From positions 183,846-247,845 of the forward strand of contig NIVC01002656.1 in the NCBI GenBank assembly GCA_002269645.1: a stretch of DNA of 64,000 bases, read 5' to 3'. Both the position numbers and the translations under genes were made by a program. Of this stretch, positions 61,675 through 64,000 are shown one piece after another; within the stretch, counting starts at the first letter, position 1; every line of letters starts with the position of its first letter. Source of the stretch: Macrostomum lignano (Eukaryota). Below the pieces are notes generated by a model. That model saw only the letters and a program-made list of their open reading frames with translations, made no database searches and was not told where the DNA came from.

Positions 61675-62215
61675 CCTGCATACAGGGGTGTCTCCTACCT
61701 GCAGACAGGGGTGTCTCTTACCTGCAGACAGGGGTGTCTCTTACCTGCAGAAGGGGTGTCTTACCTACATACAGGGGTGTCTCTTACCTGCATATAGGGG
61801 TGTCTCTTACCTACATACAGGGGTGTCTCTTACCTGCATATAGGGGTGTCTGTTACCTGCATATAGGGGTGTCTCTTACCTGCATATAGGGGTGTCTGTT
61901 ACCTGCATACAGGGGTGTCTGTTACCTGCAGAAGGGGTGTCTCTTACCTGCAGAAGGGGTGTCTCTTACCTGCAGAAGGGGTGTCTCTTACCTGCAGAAG
62001 TGGTGTCTCTTACCTGCAGAAGGGGTGTCTCTTACCTGCAGAAGGGGTGTCTTACCTACATACAGGGGTGTCTCTTACCTGCATACAGGGGTGTCTCTTA
62101 CCTGCAGACAGGGGTGTCTCCTACCTGCATATAGGGGTGTCTCTTACCTGCATACAGGGGTGTCTGTTACCTGCAGAGAGGGGTGTCTCTTACCTACAGC
62201 CAAGGGGGTCTCTTA
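61675..62215. repeat. ~23-25-bp minisatellite GGGGTGTCTCTTACCTGCATACA in RFC3 intron 1
   Basis: About 22 copies. Confidence 0.94.
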
Positions 62216-62359
62216 CCGACAAACAGGAGTGAATCATTCATACATACACCGATCCTTTCCCTCTGCTAAATAGCAGTATCCTTTGCGACAAAAAACAGTT
62301 CTTTCCTATTAAACGGGGATTAATTAAGGCGCCGTCACATTCTCCTGTTTCTGTTTCAG

Positions 62360-62541
62360 TGGTGGTGCTAAACGAAGTCGACCGGCTTACAAAAGACGCC
62401 CAGCACGCTCTGCGCCGCACCATGGAAAAGTACATGGCCACCTGCCGGCTCATCCTGTGCGCCAACAGCACTAGCAAAGTTATTCAGGCCATTCGCAGTC
62501 GATGTTTGGCTGTTAGAGTATCTGCGCCTACAGAGGATGAG
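62360..62541 (+). CDS. RFC3: RFC3 exon 2
   Basis: [25 protein letters not shown]...[25 protein letters not shown]; tttcag acceptor, GAG|gtcagt donor. Confidence 0.97.
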
Positions 62542-62574
62542 GTCAGTTTTATTGCGGGTCTACGGATTCGCTGG

Positions 62575-63022
62575 GAGTGGGTTTCGGTGGGGAATGAGCG
62601 CCGCTGATTGGCTGGGAGTGGGTTTGGTAGGGAACGAGCGCCGCTGATTGGCTGGGAGTGGATTCGGTGTGTAATGAGCGCCGCTGATTGGCTGAGAGTG
62701 AGGTTTGTATGGAATGAGCGCCACTGATTGGCTTGGAGTGGATTCGGTGGGTAATGAGTGCCGCTGATTAGCTGGAAGTGGGTTCGGTGGGGAATGAAAG
62801 CCGCTGATTGGCTGAGAGTAAGGTTTGTATGGAATGAGCGCCGCTGATTGGCTGGGAGTGGGTACGGTGGGAAATGAGCGCCGCTGATTGGCTGGGAGTG
62901 GGTTCGGTGGGGAATGAAAGCCGCTGATTGGCTGAGAGTGAGGTTTGTATGGAATGAGAGTTGCTAATTGGCTGGGAGTGAGGTGGGTGTGGAATAAAAG
63001 CCGCCGATTTGCTGGAAGTGAG
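62575..63022. repeat. 40-bp minisatellite with CTGATTGGCT in RFC3 intron 2, about 11 copies
   Basis: CCGCTGATTGGCTGGGAGTGGGTTCGGTGGGGAATGAGCG. Confidence 0.93.
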
Positions 63023-63069
63023 GTGGGTTATTTTTAGAACTGTGGATTCCCCACTCTCTACCCTTACAG

Positions 63070-63564
63070 ATTGTTCAGGTGCTGCAAGGCACCTGCCGCA
63101 AGGAGGGCCTGAGCCTGCCGGACAGTCTGGCCCGCCGCATCGCCCAGGCGTCCGAGCGCAACCTGCGTCGAGCCCTGCTAATGGCCGAGGCCTGCAGAGC
63201 CCAGCAGCAGCCCTTCGATCCGGACCAGTCAGTTTGCCTGGGCGATTGGCAGCTCTACCTGAAAGAGACGGCCAAGAAAGTGCTGGAAGAGCAGAGCCCG
63301 GCTCGCCTGCTGATTGTCCGAACTCGCCTGTACGAACTGCTGAGCCACTGCGTCCCGCCTGACCTCATCATGCGCTGCCTGGTCACCGAGCTGATCAGCT
63401 CATGCGACGGTACGCTGAAGGCCGAGGTGCTGACTCTTGGCGCCGAGTACGAGCACAGGATGCGGCTTGGCCAGAAGGCCATCTTCCATCTGGAGGCTTT
63501 CGTGGCCAGGTTCATGGCCGTGTATAAGAAGTTCATGGACGAGGTTATCATGGCCGATTGGTGA
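63070..63564 (+). CDS. RFC3: RFC3 exon 3 (355 aa in total)
   Basis: ttacag acceptor, phase 0; RNLRRALLMAEAC...DWQLYL...RTRLYELLSHCVP...YEHRMRLGQKAIFHLEAFVARFM; TGA at 63562. Confidence 0.97.
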   Translation: MVQVLQGTCRKEGLSLPDSLARRIAQASERNLRRALLMAEACRAQQQPFDPDQSVCLGDWQLYLKETAKKVLEEQSPARLLIVRTRLYELLSHCVPPDLIMRCLVTELISSCDGTLKAEVLTLGAEYEHRMRLGQKAIFHLEAFVARFMAVYKKFMDEVIMADW

Positions 63565-64000
63565 GAGCGGTTGGCTCCGCTATTCACGATGCGTTTACAA
63601 ATACGACACCTGGCATTTTTACTCCGCAAGCAGTTTATTCTTCTATTGACTATTTCTACTCGTAATTGATTTGCTTTGAACTGCTCTGTAATACAAAATA
63701 ACGGCGATTAATAAATGATCAATATACCTGTAATAACAGCCAGCTTTGCGCGGGTTCTGATAGTTTATATTTATAATCAGTTAATATATAGTAATAAATT
63801 CGCAATAATTATCTTCATCCTGTCATTCATTCTGTTTAGAGCGACACTTTCTGCTATACAGTGCTGCTGTGCATCTGGTCAATGCAGTCTTCTGTTAGTA
63901 GGCAGTTTGGTGTCCTGAATGACAACTGCAGTCCTGCTCGGTTGGTCTGCAATGGGAACAGAAATTAAAAGCTTTTCGTCCTCTGTTCCACCTGCGCCCC

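Overview
Eukaryotic (metazoan) genomic DNA: GC-rich spliced exons with GT-AG introns, AT-rich intergenic DNA, and roughly one third of the window in about 30 unrelated micro- and minisatellite arrays. This style suggests a free-living flatworm such as Macrostomum, but that is inference only. Genes assembled by hand: the 5' six exons of an ERG/KCNH potassium channel (minus strand, running off the left edge), an intronless PTB-domain ORF divergent from it, tRNA-Ala(CGC), a 4-exon C2H2/Cys-His low-complexity protein, DYNLT/Tctex-1, TMEM267, condensin NCAPH, an HMG-box-like low-complexity protein, METTL26 and RFC3. Mobile DNA: a broken, intron-containing PHD-FLYWCH-MULE transposase, a mariner derivative with ~200-bp inverted arms, a Harbinger-type MITE, a tRNA-derived SINE, and two copies of a ~300-bp hAT-type MITE. 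The most unusual signals are three. (1) That hAT MITE carries a 64-bp piece resembling the 28S rDNA R2/Pokey/homing-endonuclease target, with changes concentrated at the cut site. (2) A tandemly amplified exon-intron junction in the HMG-box gene creates five potential in-frame 15-nt microexons. (3) METTL26 sits between two copies of the same minisatellite block. No CRISPR array or prokaryotic features. All family calls come from remembered motifs, not database searches; repeat boundaries are approximate.
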